Below, piece after piece: positions 15,171 to 27,240 of a DNA stretch of 64,000 nucleotides. The notes under the pieces were generated by a model. That model made no database searches, was not told the origin of the DNA, and saw only the letters and a program-made list of their open reading frames with translations. The stretch spans positions 103,478,001-103,542,000 of the forward strand of contig OX597815.1 of the NCBI GenBank assembly GCA_951406725.2, in the 5' to 3' direction. The translations under genes were made by a program, and so were the position numbers. Position 1 is the first letter of the stretch; every line of letters begins with the position of its first letter. This DNA is from Octopus vulgaris (taxonomy: Eukaryota).

Positions 15171-16794
15171 CTTCCATTCCTTCTAAACTTTCACTTTATA
15201 TTTCATTTTCTCAAACTACCGGATTTTTTTTAGTCTTCGAATTCATCGCATTTTGTTAATCGACGTGTTTTTTTTTCCTTCCCTTTACTTCATATTTCCA
15301 AATGTTTTATTAATAAACTGTTATACGTATCGATTTTTTCAATATGCGTCAATATTTCTTATGAAACATACACATTCACACATTATTTCCGGTTGGAAAA
15401 TAGCAGGTATTCAAACAATATACATTTTTGCGTATATATGATAGGCAGGAGAGAAGGAAAAGTGATGCGAGCGTGTCAGAGCACTGAGGTAAAAGTTGAA
15501 GAAAGGAAGAGATCCAAGATTTGGTGAGAGAATATGAAGGCTGCAATGCTTCGAGTAAAACAAAACGAATAGCAAGTGCTCGTGGGAAATGGGGGAAAAT
15601 ATTATTAGCAATGCCGCCTAATGATATACACGTAACAAATAAATCCATACAATATTAATTGTTTGGAATGAACGAAATATTTATTGGTTTACCTCTGAAT
15701 ATACATACATACATACATACATACATACATACATACACATACAAACTACATTATTTCTGTGTAACCACATTAGGTTTCCCATTTCTGCAATTAGACAGTG
15801 GTGTTGATATTTTGTGTGAAAACTATGATACGGCATAGAAAATGCTGAGTAACCTTCCCTTAAATAAATTTGAGCTAATACAGTTATAGACATGACAGAA
15901 GAATATCGTAGCAGTTAAGCTAACTAGAAAAACATGCAAATGTTTGGATTTCAGAGCGTAGTAAATGAAGTTAACAAAGTTGGGGCCCAAGATTGTACAC
16001 ATGCCTGCTCCGCTCAACTTTTGCTAAAATTAAACTGTAAAGGTGAACCAATTTCTAACAGGGGTGAGTTCAGCTGTGTGCATAGATATAGTAAACGGTA
16101 GGTCATTGGTTAATTGGGATAAAAATAGAACTCATAAACAAACACACACGTCGTTTACAGAGCGGAGGGCTTGATAAATATCTATATTTATTAAGTGTGT
16201 GTATGTGCGTGTGCATGAGTGTGCGTGTGTGTGCATGTGTTTTGGTGTGAGTAAATGTGTTTAGGTTGTAAATAGGTACTAGGTGCGTCGACACAAATAT
16301 CTTCTGGTAATTAGTTATTGGGTTACTTTCCATAGCAGGACTTAACCAATCGATATTTAGTGTTCGATTAAATAATTACCAGACAAAGCATCGTGGTCGA
16401 TATAATCGACTAAACTCCTGAAGGCGGTACCCCAGCACAGTCGAAGATCAATAAAAGAATAACAGAATAATTGGAAATATAACATTAGTTTTACAGTGAA
16501 TGTTTCAAGTTGACGTGATAGATTTCTTGTTGGCCTCTACATGTCTCCATACTAGTTTATATAATTTTGTTTCATGTAAAATAAAAAAAGGGGTCAGTTG
16601 GAAGTTGAAGATATATATATATATATATTATTATTATTCTTTTACTCGTTTCAATCACTTGACTGGGGCCATGCTCATAGAAATCAACCCCTACACACAC
16701 ACAAACATATACATACATACATACATACATACATACATACATACATACATACATACATACATACATACATACCTACACATACATATTCTTTAAT

Positions 16795-18535
16795 TCTTTT
16801 CTTTGTTTTATTTGACTGCAGCCATGTTTGAGTACCGCCTTTAGTCAAGCAAATCAACACTAGGACTTATACTTTGTAAGTCTAGCACTTATTCTATCGG
16901 TATCTTTTGTCGAATCGCTACGTTACGAGGACGTAAACACACCAGCATCGGTTGTCAAGCGATGTTGGAGGAACAAACACAGACACACAAACATACATAC
17001 ACATATACACGCATATATATAGAAGGGTTGGACAAAATAATGGAAACACCTTGAAATTTCAAACAAGTTTATTTTAATATGGGAGAGGACCGTCTTTGTC
17101 AGTAATTACACCTTGAATTCTATGAGGTATGGACTCGTACAAAGTTTGAATTTTTTCCAAAAGAAAATTTGTCCATTCTTCAGCTAAAACAGTCTCCAGT
17201 TCTTTTAGTAATGATGATGGAGGATATCGACTCCTTACTTGTTTTTCTAAAATGCACCATAAATTCAATAATATTGAGACCAGGGGACTGTTGTGGCTAG
17301 ATAAACTGTTCAACGTCACTAGAATGTTCATTGTGCCATTCAGTAACAAATTTAGCTGTGTAAATCCTGAAAGATTCCGTTTCCCTCCGGAAACTGTTCG
17401 GCAACCATAGGGTGAATTTGATCAGATAAAATGCTTAGATAGTCTTGACTATTAATTCTGCCATGAAGAGGAACCATTGGGCCGGCGGATTTTCAAGATA
17501 TAATCCCCCTTATCATCACAGATCCGCAGGCTGGGTCAAATACCTCTTTTGGCTATATCCACACGTACACTAGGCCGGTGGTCGGAAATAATATAATGTA
17601 TGACTTGTCCGAGAAAATAACACTCTTCCAGTGCTCTAGGGACCAATTATGTAGGTTTTTGACTCAATTCTGAACGTTTTGCAACCTTTTGTTCTTGAAA
17701 GTAGTGTTTTTTTTTATTGCAGCCCACCCGTGAAATCCGGCTTTGTAAAGCTTCCGGCGAACAGTTTTTGTAGAAACTGGGTTCTCGAGGTGGTCATTAA
17801 GCTCTGCAATAATTTTGGGAGCTGTACTTTTGTCAGCCTTTCTAACCATTCGCGTAAGAGTCCGATGGTCTCTATCTGAAAGTTTTGGATTTCTTCCGGA
17901 GTTTAGTTTCGACGAGGAGGTTTTTTCTGTCTTTCTGAAACGCTGCTTCCGAGACAGTACTTCTTGATACACCAAACATTTCGGCTGTTTTCGTTACGCT
18001 ATCGCCTTCCACACGATCACCAACAATTTGACCTCTTTGAAAGTCCAATAGATCTGTCATTTTAATGAATTTTAATTACCTTTTTCTGATGATATCTGAA
18101 AAGAAACAGCAATTTTAGCAAAACATATTAAGCAAAACTAATAATAAATCAAGACATAAAAATAAACAAGCTTTTGACGGTTTTATAGATATTTCAAAAT
18201 TATGATGCTACAATGCTATGATGCTAGGTGCTTCCATTATTTTGTCCAACCTCTGTATATACATATATATATATATACACACGCACGCACATGCACACGC
18301 ACACACACATACACACACACATGCACACACACACACACACACGCACACACACATATATATATATATACATATACGATGGATTTCTCTCAATTTCCGTCTA
18401 CCAAATCCACTCACAAGGCTTTGGTCGGCCCAAGGTCGTAGTAGAAGACATTTGCCCAAGCTGCCACGCAGTGGGACTGAGCCCAAAACCATGTGGTTGG
18501 GAAGGAAGCTACTTACCATGAAGCCACCCCTGCGC
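16795..18535 (-). mobile_element. tRNA-derived octopus-type SINE split by a Tc1 element (5' half about 18365-18535, 3' half about 16795-17015)
   Basis: Head gcgcaggggtggct..ggtaagtagctt..ggttttgggctcagtcccactgcgtggc, body ggatttggtagacggaaa, 3' part catcgcttgacaaccgatgctggtgtgtttacgt. Same family as 44012-44930. Confidence 0.85.
17020..18255 (-). mobile_element. Tc1/mariner DNA transposon with decayed transposase
   Basis: About 30-bp TIRs (agaagggttggacaaaataatggaaacacc / ggtgcttccattattttgtccaacctctg) and TA flanks. Transposase 18060-17074: DFQRGQIVG, GRNPKLSDRDHRTL, VSTKTVRR, VIFSD, NLWCILE, GPLPY*. Confidence 0.93.
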
Positions 18536-18598
18536 TAGATTTCTTTTGGTGGTGTCTATGAACAAAATATACCAACGGAATAATCATCGGTTTCTGTA

Positions 18599-19072
18599 CT
18601 GTAATCCCTCCACTATCACGGGTGTTCCAAAACCTCCCGCGGTAGGTGAGAATTTGTGAAGTACTGTACTGTATATATTCTTTTATTATTTTTATAATTT
18701 GTATATCTTTATTTTATTATAAATTCAAAAATTCACCACACAGTTGCCTCCTGAGTTTCGGTTTCCATACAGTATGTGCGACTCTTTGTTCACTTATCTA
18801 CGATACACGACGCATTTTCTTTTGATATGTTTTGATTAATATGTCACACAGTGCAGTACTGTACTGTATTTCTGTTTATTAATTTATTAATTTTTAGGCT
18901 TGAAATTGCTTATTTTATCGGAATATTAATCAAAATCTAAAGCAATATAAATACTTATCAGCCGTGAAACTCGCGATGTACTGAGGAGACCACCTTATGA
19001 ATTTACATATATTAGCCAGAAAAATCCGCGATATACTGAGGTCGCGAAACATGAACCGCGATATGGCAAGTG

Positions 19073-19076
<4 letters not shown>
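18599..19076. mobile_element. Tigger/pogo-type MITE
   Basis: Imperfect TIRs c(t)gtaatccctccactatcacgg / ccgcgatatggcaagtgatta, TA flanks, and sub-terminal repeats (c/t)cgcgat(a/g)tactgagg. Confidence 0.6.
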
Positions 19077-19099
<23 letters not shown>

Positions 19100-19115
<16 letters not shown>

Positions 19116-19720
19116 TATCTGAAATATGCAGTATTATATATTCGTTACGTCCGATCCTTCCAATCGGTTTCGCGCTAGTGATTCAATGGAGTGTTAAGAA
19201 ACAATCCAACTATGTAACCCACCGCTCATCAGAGGTAGCCGATATGGAATCAAATATAGCTACTGATTGTTGAAGATGAATGAAACAAAATGAGTAGGGG
19301 ATTGAGCTACGACATGTGTCTCTTGTACCAAAACATCGCCACTGGGCTGGTTATGTTGCAAGTCGGTAAGAGTTTTCTATAAAAGTTAGTGGGAAATGTG
19401 TGTCCTTAAGTTTGGTGTTATTGTGGAAATGGAATTTGTGTAGTGGTACTATAACCTGTGGATGGTGCGGCCATACACAATCTGTGTTCGTTAGTGTGCT
19501 TTCTGTCTTTTGTGCTTTGGTTAATTCCGTGGGGCCTTTATTTGTCTATGTGGTGTGTGTAGGGGTACAATATGCGTGGGAATTTATACTGGGTGTAATG
19601 AAAAACAATCTTTTGGGTAGATGTCTACTGTAATAGATTTCAGAATCTCTGGTATCAAAGTTCAATCTTGAAAATATGTAACTTTAAGCGGCTTCTTGTT
19701 ATGCATTTGATCTAGTCAAT
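19100..19720 (-). mobile_element. Degenerate Penelope 3' end with hammerhead-like core (19160-19236)
   Basis: Frameshifted IFK..TLIP..LN resembling the LxTLxPxGLN terminus (about 19640-19680). Downstream is CUGAUGA (19232-19226), a long stem II closed gcg/cgc, then GAAACCGAUU. Confidence 0.5.
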
Positions 19721-20179
19721 AAAATTTATTTCTAATATGTTCGAATCATTTATATTTCATTGTTTATAATTTATTGTAGTTTTACATATATTGATATAAA
19801 TACGTTAAAAGCTGAGGGAAACTGATATTCATATGTAAAGATCCACCACATATGTTTTACATGTCAAATACACTTATATAAAATAACAAACTGTAATATG
19901 CAGTATTTAAACTAATTTATCCTATTATTTCACAATAAGTTAGGAATGTATTTAAAAATAGCAAATCATACAGCAATAGGGTACCTGTGTTCACACGTTT
20001 TCACTTTCAGTTTGACGAAGCACTATCATAATCTTCTTACATTAACGATTCTATTAATTAGTGAAAATGTATAATTGAATTATAATTATATTTAAATCAG
20101 CTAATGTGACGATGTTACATTATATGAAACATGAATGAAGATAAATATTAGTAGTTTTACTCATGCTATGTAAGTTTTT

Positions 20180-21460
20180 CTCGCAACCAATTGCATTTCA
20201 TCTCTGACCACTCCAAAGAAATTCTGTTACGCAGTTGACCGAGAGCATGGTCTATTATATTCTGTACACAAGGAAAACCTACACCCATTATCACAAATAC
20301 CAAAGTGAATCACGTGTAGCTGAACCGCAAAGATTACAGCCTACGGCACCTTGTAAACATTCGCCTAACCCTACAAACCAAATGGCTTTTAATGCATCAC
20401 TAAACGACTCGAAAATCTACCAACATAAAATGTGAAATAAATCACTAACCACAATCTTTACTTCCTCTCGAACTGTAATGAAATTATCTTTGCCATCTTT
20501 CCACAAAATTTAACCTTATACTCCCAAACTATGGTATATCCATATGACGAATGTCATGGAGAATTTTCCCACATTTGCAGTCAAATTTGCATGCACAGAC
20601 ACATCAAATGCTTGACAGATTTTTTCTTCTCCTCTCCTCTCAAATAATCTCAACATCAAGGTTACATATAGACGAAGTACGAAAATCTCCTATGGTCATT
20701 TTAATTCAATAAAGCAATCTATCATAAGTAACTCTTTTTCAATAACTTTAAATATTGCGCCACAGGACCAGTTTCTTTGATCTTATTTTGTGATGTTGCC
20801 CACACTTTTGTACATCAATAACCTATCCGCAATTATTTACAATAATAGTCACTTCCATGTAGCTTACACCACTATTCACATCTCATTCTTGCATACAGGC
20901 TCTCTATACCAGGATGTTAATTATCTCATACCAAGTGTACACTTTTTGAACAAACATTTCGGAAATATCTCGAATAAGGAAATATCAATTTTTCCTCCTT
21001 TAACTGCACAAAGAAAGCATCATTGCGCATATCAAGAGAATAATTTTATTTTCCATTGACTCAATTCTTGTCAACGTTTAATTAAAACTGTCATAGTTGC
21101 AAACAGTTGCTGAATCTTTGCAAATCTCAAGAGAGCAATTTTGTTCCTAGTTTTGGATATTGCTCCTTCTGCACATGCAAACTTTTCACTGAATTCGAAA
21201 ACAAAACACTCTGACTGATTGACAAGCAGTCACTCACATTGTGCCTCCACTGCTGTATTTTCTGCCATTACTACAATGTCCTCTGTTCCTTGGAGCTAAG
21301 GGATTATATCACCAGGAACTCAGCACGAAGAAATATCATCTACACGCGCCTTTTACCTTCAGTTAATAGATTTTAATATATTCAACCTGAAGATCCACCG
21401 CATCAATATCAAAGACTGTGAAGGCTGGTGAAGTCATCGGTGCAGCTGCTTCCTCCTGAA
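20180..21460 (+). mobile_element. Degenerate CR1/L2-like LINE RT remnant
   Basis: Broken motifs: NIAPQDQFL..LL-YINNL (GVPQGS..LFLIYINDL-like) and HIVPPLLYF/CIFCHYYNVLCSLEL (HRR..SL..FY.YY..CS.EL-like). Confidence 0.5.
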
Positions 21461-21499
21461 ATCTTTTTCAAATGTATATTTAATGATGTGATTTGTTCT

Positions 21500-22025
21500 A
21501 CAGTCATCATATATTATGGAAGCTTTTAGATAATAGATCTCAAATAAAAGTTGTTCCATAGAATGGATTCCGAAACCAAATAATTTCTAGTGGAACAAAT
21601 CGAATTTTCTGGAAAACTTTCATTTGCAATTAAACATTTGTTTTATATTTAACACACAAAAAAATTTATTTTAAAATTCTATATCTTATTGTTCAATATT
21701 TTAAATCAGAAGGTACTTACTTGAATTTTCATTCTTTAAATAAGAATATCCGGATAAAGACATTCTTAGGGAATATTTTCGAAATGAATCTATGCATTTT
21801 CATTTGAATTTGTCGATAAAGGTTATATGAATTCCTAGCAAAATATTCAATTTGCATATCTTTATTCAAACAAAATTGTCAATTTATATTCAAATGTATT
21901 TTACTTGTCTAGAATTACTCTTATTTGAGAACTATATACCATCAATAAAATATCTTAGCTGAAACGTATTCAACGTCTACGAATCTACGTATAGCATTCA
22001 TGTTTAATAACATTCTAGTACTTTT
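21500..22025 (-). pseudogene. Cluster of three small exon remnants (21905-22025, 21721-21834, about 21500-21608) of the SETX-like gene
   Basis: Acceptor/donor pairs ctacag/gtaaaa and ttgctag/gtaagt, plus acceptor tttccag. Y*NVIKHECY and SILWNNFYLRSII occur in the order expected for SETX. Confidence 0.5.
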
Positions 22026-22081
22026 CTGTAGATATTTCCGTATCTATATATAGCTCTCTGTATACTTATTCTGTAATGTCA

Positions 22082-22116
<35 letters not shown>

Positions 22117-22143
22117 CGTGTGTGTATGTGTGTGTGTGTGTGT

Positions 22144-22454
22144 GGAGGCGCAATGGCCCAGTGGTTAGGGCAGCAGACTCGCGCTCGGAGGATCGCAGTT
22201 TCGATTCCCAGACCGGGCATTGTGAGTGTTTATTGAGCGAAAACACCTAAAGCTCCACGATGCTCCGGCAGGAGGGGGGTGAACCCTGCTGTACTCTTTC
22301 AACACAACTTTCTCTCACTCTTTCTTCCTGTTTCTGTTGTACCTGTATTTCAAAGGGCCAGCCTTGTCACACTCTGTGTTACGCTGAATCTCCTCGAGAA
22401 GTACGTTAAGGGTACACGTGCTCAGCCACTTGACGTTAATAAAAGAGCTGGTGG

Positions 22455-22503
<49 letters not shown>
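22144..22503 (+). mobile_element. tRNA(Arg)-derived SINE followed by (GAT)n
   Basis: A-box TGGCCCAGTGG, anticodon-like arm gcagacTCGcgctc, B-box GTTTCGATTCC, then a non-tRNA body and (GAT)n at 22456-22503. Confidence 0.8.
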
Positions 22504-22564
22504 ATCAAATCAGGTATTCTAGTTTTTATTACTTTCTCAGTCCGAAACTGTGGCAAACTTCATT

Positions 22565-23290
22565 ATTAATTCCAGTTGTAAAAGTCCACGATCAACCTCT
22601 TTTCTTGGCAGGTAAAGTCGTTCCATATACGCCTTGGGTGGTGCATTCTATGAATTGTCAAAAGTTTTGTATTTTTCTGTCAAGATTACATATTTCAGTA
22701 ATTGACCAGTTAATGTTATTGAAACTGTAAGTCACACGACCGGTATGGCTAAAGTATTGATAGTTGTGATCCCGTTTCTTGCATTCAGCTCTGTCTTGAG
22801 TATTGCCCTTACCCTGCGATAACATTCTCTTCTGATCCTTTCCCTCATCATTGAATGTTTGATTCCATCACCATCAAATACCACTAGGTATTTGTGGCGC
22901 TCCACTGGTTCTAACTCCTTTATGACATTCTGCTGGTCAAGATTAACGTTGGATGCTTCTGCCATTCTTCCTTTGATAAAGGTAGCTTTTGCGCCTTTAT
23001 CGAGGCCAAATTGCATCCTGATGTCATCACTGAATATTTTAACACTCGCCAATAAGCTCTGTAGTTGTTGGTCGTTTTTTGCGAAGAGCTTTATATTATC
23101 TATGTAAAAGAGATGATTTTTATTTTTATCAAACATTTTATAGCTATATTGTACATAATCGACGTATTTTGAGAGAGTTATTAAGGCTAGACAAAAGAGA
23201 GTGTCACCCTGGAAAGTGCCACATGAAATTCTTATATATCCAGCATTAAGAGATTCATTGTCACTATTCAAAGCCAGTGTGGATCTCAAT
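22565..23290 (-). mobile_element. Dong/R4-clade non-LTR retrotransposon RT fragment
   Basis: [78 protein letters not shown]. Confidence 0.9.
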
Positions 23291-23384
23291 GATCTCATAA
23301 TTACAGACTTACTTACACATGTATACATATATATACACATATTTATGCATATATATATACGCATATATCCATATATACATATAC

Positions 23385-23422
<38 letters not shown>

Positions 23423-23534
23423 ATATGCATACATATATATACACATAAATATACATACATAAATATATATATATATATACATATAAAGAGAGAGTGAGAG
23501 AGTAAATGAAGTATAAGGATTTCGTTCCTCAACT

Positions 23535-23589
<55 letters not shown>

Positions 23590-23789
23590 ATATATATATA
23601 CATATATATGTACACACATATATATACACAGTATACATGCATATGATATACAAAATATAAATATATACATACATATATATATATAGATACATAATGAATG
23701 TAATTGAAATTGAAACCATCTAATAGTGAAAGTAATAATAGAGATGTTAAGATTTCACTTTTGACACATAATACGGTATACGGTAATAC

Positions 23790-23976
23790 GGGAACAGTGT
23801 AAGAGATAAGAGATTGCTCCGGGCTCACGTTAGGCAAGAAGTTGAACATTTTTTACCCTTAGTACGGCATGTGTAAAATATGAATAAAATCCGTTGGCTA
23901 GTAATCGAGTTTTAGTGATGCACACATACAGGCACACACAGACAGACACACATTCTCAGCTTTATATATATATAGA
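23790..23976 (-). mobile_element. Non-autonomous Helitron, 5' portion
   Basis: Begins TCTATATATATATAAAGCTGAGAATGTGTGTCTGTC. Same type of start as 44183 and about 26055. Confidence 0.7.
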
Positions 23977-23978
23977 TA

Positions 23979-24295
23979 ATAGCAGAGATACCCGGCGTTG
24001 CCCGTGTTACATTTGATTGAAGAATTAAACTTTTCTGTTATATTTGCTGTAATGGAACTGGAATATCTATGTTTCGAATTTCATCAAAATTGAAGATGAG
24101 GGTTATTTCTCTCTTTACACACCCTGAAAAAATTGTAATCGTGTCACATGTATCCCATACTACTGATTTTATGCGCATATTCCAGTCTTATTGAAACTGT
24201 TAAAAAGATTTTGCTCCTGAAAAATGTGAGAGTTAAGGCCCCTGTTGGGGGTGGGCATCTTAATGTCAACCAGAGAAGTTGAATTGTTGAGAATC
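23979..24295 (-). mobile_element. Non-autonomous Helitron, 3' portion
   Basis: Subterminal hairpin cacgggcaacgccggg followed by tatctctgCTAT (CTAG variant). Confidence 0.7.
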
Positions 24296-24307
24296 TTTTT
24301 AACTTGT

Positions 24308-24750
24308 TAAATATCAAAGTGAGTTATATACAGTAGCGGTAACACATCGTGACGTATTTTTGCCATTTCAATATGGCTAACCCCTAAGGGTGGATGCTGT
24401 GTTACCGCTACTGTATATAACTCACTTTGATATTTATCATTGTTTGATTTCACTTTTTCAATATCAGCGACAGTGGGCGCTGGAAAAAGTATAAGTATTT
24501 GTGAAGGAAATCTAATTCTCAGCGACAACTATGATTGTCACACGCTGACGAGAGGTCAATACCTCGAAACTCGAGTCCGTGTGTATCATAAGTTGAAGAC
24601 GGGAAGGATGACTTCCCTTTGCAAATACTGACAGGACACAGAAAGTGTGTCTATGGCCAGCTGGAGGAGTGTGTCCTCCTGGGGCTAAAAACTACAGTAG
24701 CATCCACCCTTAGGGGTTAGCCATATTGAAATGGCAAAAATACGTCACGA
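24308..24750 (+). mobile_element. Hammerhead-containing non-autonomous retroelement (retrozyme/Penelope-pLTR-like), 353-nt unit plus 91-nt inverted junction copy
   Basis: 12-bp TSD tttttaacttgt (24296-24307, 24751-24762). 24308-24346 is the perfect reverse complement of 24398-24436, and 24347-24398 is the perfect reverse complement of 24699-24750. Confidence 0.9.
24526..24595 (+). ncRNA. Canonical type I hammerhead ribozyme
   Basis: Stem I cacacg/cgugug (extended by uaugau/aucaua and caac/guug); CUGACGA 24545-24551; stem II gaggu-caau-accuc; GAAA 24566-24569; palindromic stem III ACUCGAGU; GUC cleavage site 24575-24577. Confidence 0.95.
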
Positions 24751-25645
24751 TTTTTAACTTGTGTCTTATATCTATTGTTTGAATTTCTTTGAAATAGGGA
24801 ATATATGTTCACTCGGTTTGAATGATCACAATAAGCAGTCGTTACCACTCCCAATGTAGGATTCCTCACCATCCAGGTGACGGGCACAGCCGTAAGATGC
24901 ATTACGAATCTATGGCAATTGGAAGGCCGTGACCCAACTGAAATAAACATTAACAACTTTGTGGCGTGAGGGCTAAGGAGAAATCAAAATGTCACCTCTG
25001 GAGTTTGCAAATGACCACTATACTGATACGTAACTGGACAGAATAAATTTACAATCTATAAATGTCTTTGAATAACCAGTCACTCACCTGGGAAAGCCTT
25101 GAAATCAATGTTACCATCTGGGGACTATGTGTGACCAAGTGATAATAAAAAGACTGAAAGGAGGTCTGCAATCAAATAACTTTACTCAACACTTTGCAAC
25201 TGAATTAGTGGAGGCAAAGATGCCTTTCGTTTACTTGACAATTTATGCACCACATTGCAGAAATAACAATGTAAGGATATGTTAAAGGAAACTTGTACAA
25301 TGTTTGTACCATTGAATTACAAATAATGCTAATCTTTTATGCTCGTGTAACCCTACAGCTTCCAAGAGCACAACTGTATTCGTTTTTACTTAAATAAAAT
25401 GACAAAATTGTGGGTGCTAACTTGTTAACTAGTAAGATGATGAAATTTTATAAATATTACTTCATTTGTGTCTAATATCTATGGTTAAAATTTCGTCAAC
25501 AGTAAAAATATATGAATTGTCATGGGGGTTATGGCCCTTATGCATAGAATATAATTTCATAAAGATCCATTCAGTACTTTCGACCTAGTTTTGGAACATA
25601 AAAGAAATGACTGAAATTTGGAATTTAAGCCCCGCATTAGGGTGT

Positions 25646-25810
<165 letters not shown>

Positions 25811-26054
25811 ATACATACACATACACACACACATACAAAGATAAATTGATAGATACAACTGAGTGGGCAAAAAAATATTCTATTATTCTATTAGTTTGTT
25901 CTTGTGAAACCAGTAAGTTATGGGGGTGTAAATAAATGAACACCAGTTGTGAAGCAGTGATGAGGGAGAAGCACAGAGACAAAGACACCCACATACACTT
26001 ACATATATACATATATATACGATTGATTTGTTTCAGTTCCTGTCTACGGAATCC

Positions 26055-26160
26055 ATATATATATATATAACTGAGAATGTGTGTCTGTCTGTCTGTATGT
26101 ATGTGTGAATCCCTAAAACTTGAGAACTACACAACCAATTTCATTCAAATTTTACAGAGA
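26055..26160 (+). mobile_element. Helitron 5' fragment next to a SINE remnant
   Basis: atatatatataactgagaatgtgtgtctgtctgtc..ccctaaaact matches the start of the 23976 element. Confidence 0.55.
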
Positions 26161-27087
26161 CCATAATCTCTGTTAACTAGTTTTTGGGACAACACATGTA
26201 CAATAGTACGTATGTGAGATTTGAATGTGTATTTAGTAAGGAAATGCTCCCCAGAAGTATTTCCCTCAGCGCTATAACTAAATATAGATGTGTATGCGAG
26301 TGTATACATACACACACACATGCCATGCACACACATACATATGCATGTATGTGTGTGTGAGAAAAAGTGTGTGGGCGTATAAAATAACCATAAAACATCG
26401 GTACAAATATGTTTATATATTCTATATGCATATATAGCCTACTTGCACACACACACACACACACATACACATACAGATAAACTTATCGATTTTTTTCTAG
26501 AGTGGATATGTGTTTCTCTAGTTAATATTGATATGGTCGTTCTAACTTCGCTATTCGATTCTATTATATCAGATAACTGAAATAAATATCTATAAAATTA
26601 TATTTACTTCCATAAAATTATATTTAATTCTTTGCAGATATTTCACTCCTTGCCTTTCAGAGTTTTTTTTTTATGAACTTTTATTCCAGTTTAGTGTACA
26701 TAAATACGTTACCTTCAAACTCCTTTTTGTTATATTTTTTCTTCTTGCTGATATATTCAAATTTGAATTCTGCAGACATAGTCTATTTCGAAGTACATTA
26801 ACTAATGTATTAATGTATCCTTTTTTATAATATGGTAGGGTTGTTTTTTTGAAAGATTTTAGAAATATATCTAGTTGTGCGGAAATATACTAGTCGGGCT
26901 ACAATTCGTATTAATTAAAATAGTCATCAGTAAAACTAGTTTAAATATACATAAAATGAAATACACTATAAAATATGTGCTCTGATCCAATTATGCTCTC
27001 CTGCTGAGTGTTGCTAGTCAATAATGGATGCAGAATTGGATCACACTGGAAATGGTTTTCCTATTTCCATTTTACATTCACTAAATA

Positions 27088-27240
27088 TTGGCTTCAAATT
27101 TTGGCACTAGGGCATTAATTTCGGGAGAGGGATAGGTCAATTACATTGATCCCAGTACTTGACTGGTACTTATTTTATCGAGCCCGAACGAAGACAGGGA
27201 AAAATTAACCTCGAAGGAATTTGAACTCAGAGCATAAGGA
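27088..27240 (-). mobile_element. Second SINE family, fragment
   Basis: gagttcaaattcc..gataaaataagtaccagtcaagtactgggatcaatgtaattgac..gtgccaaaatttgaagcc. Related copies at about 41960-42095 and 48648-48858. Confidence 0.75.

Noticed and set aside
22144-22216. tRNA-Arg gene
   Set aside because: A and B boxes are present, but the cloverleaf is imperfect and runs into a SINE body; it is a SINE head.
22732-23532. Longest ORF (266 aa) as a real gene
   Set aside because: It is a chance fusion of a microsatellite frame with a decayed Dong/R4 RT fragment (catalytic DD mutated to DN).
24347-24750. MITE with 52-bp TIRs
   Set aside because: The TSD lies 39 bp outside the left repeat, and the inverted part continues into the unit's own start. 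With the internal HHR, this fits a retro-insertion rather than a cut-and-paste element.
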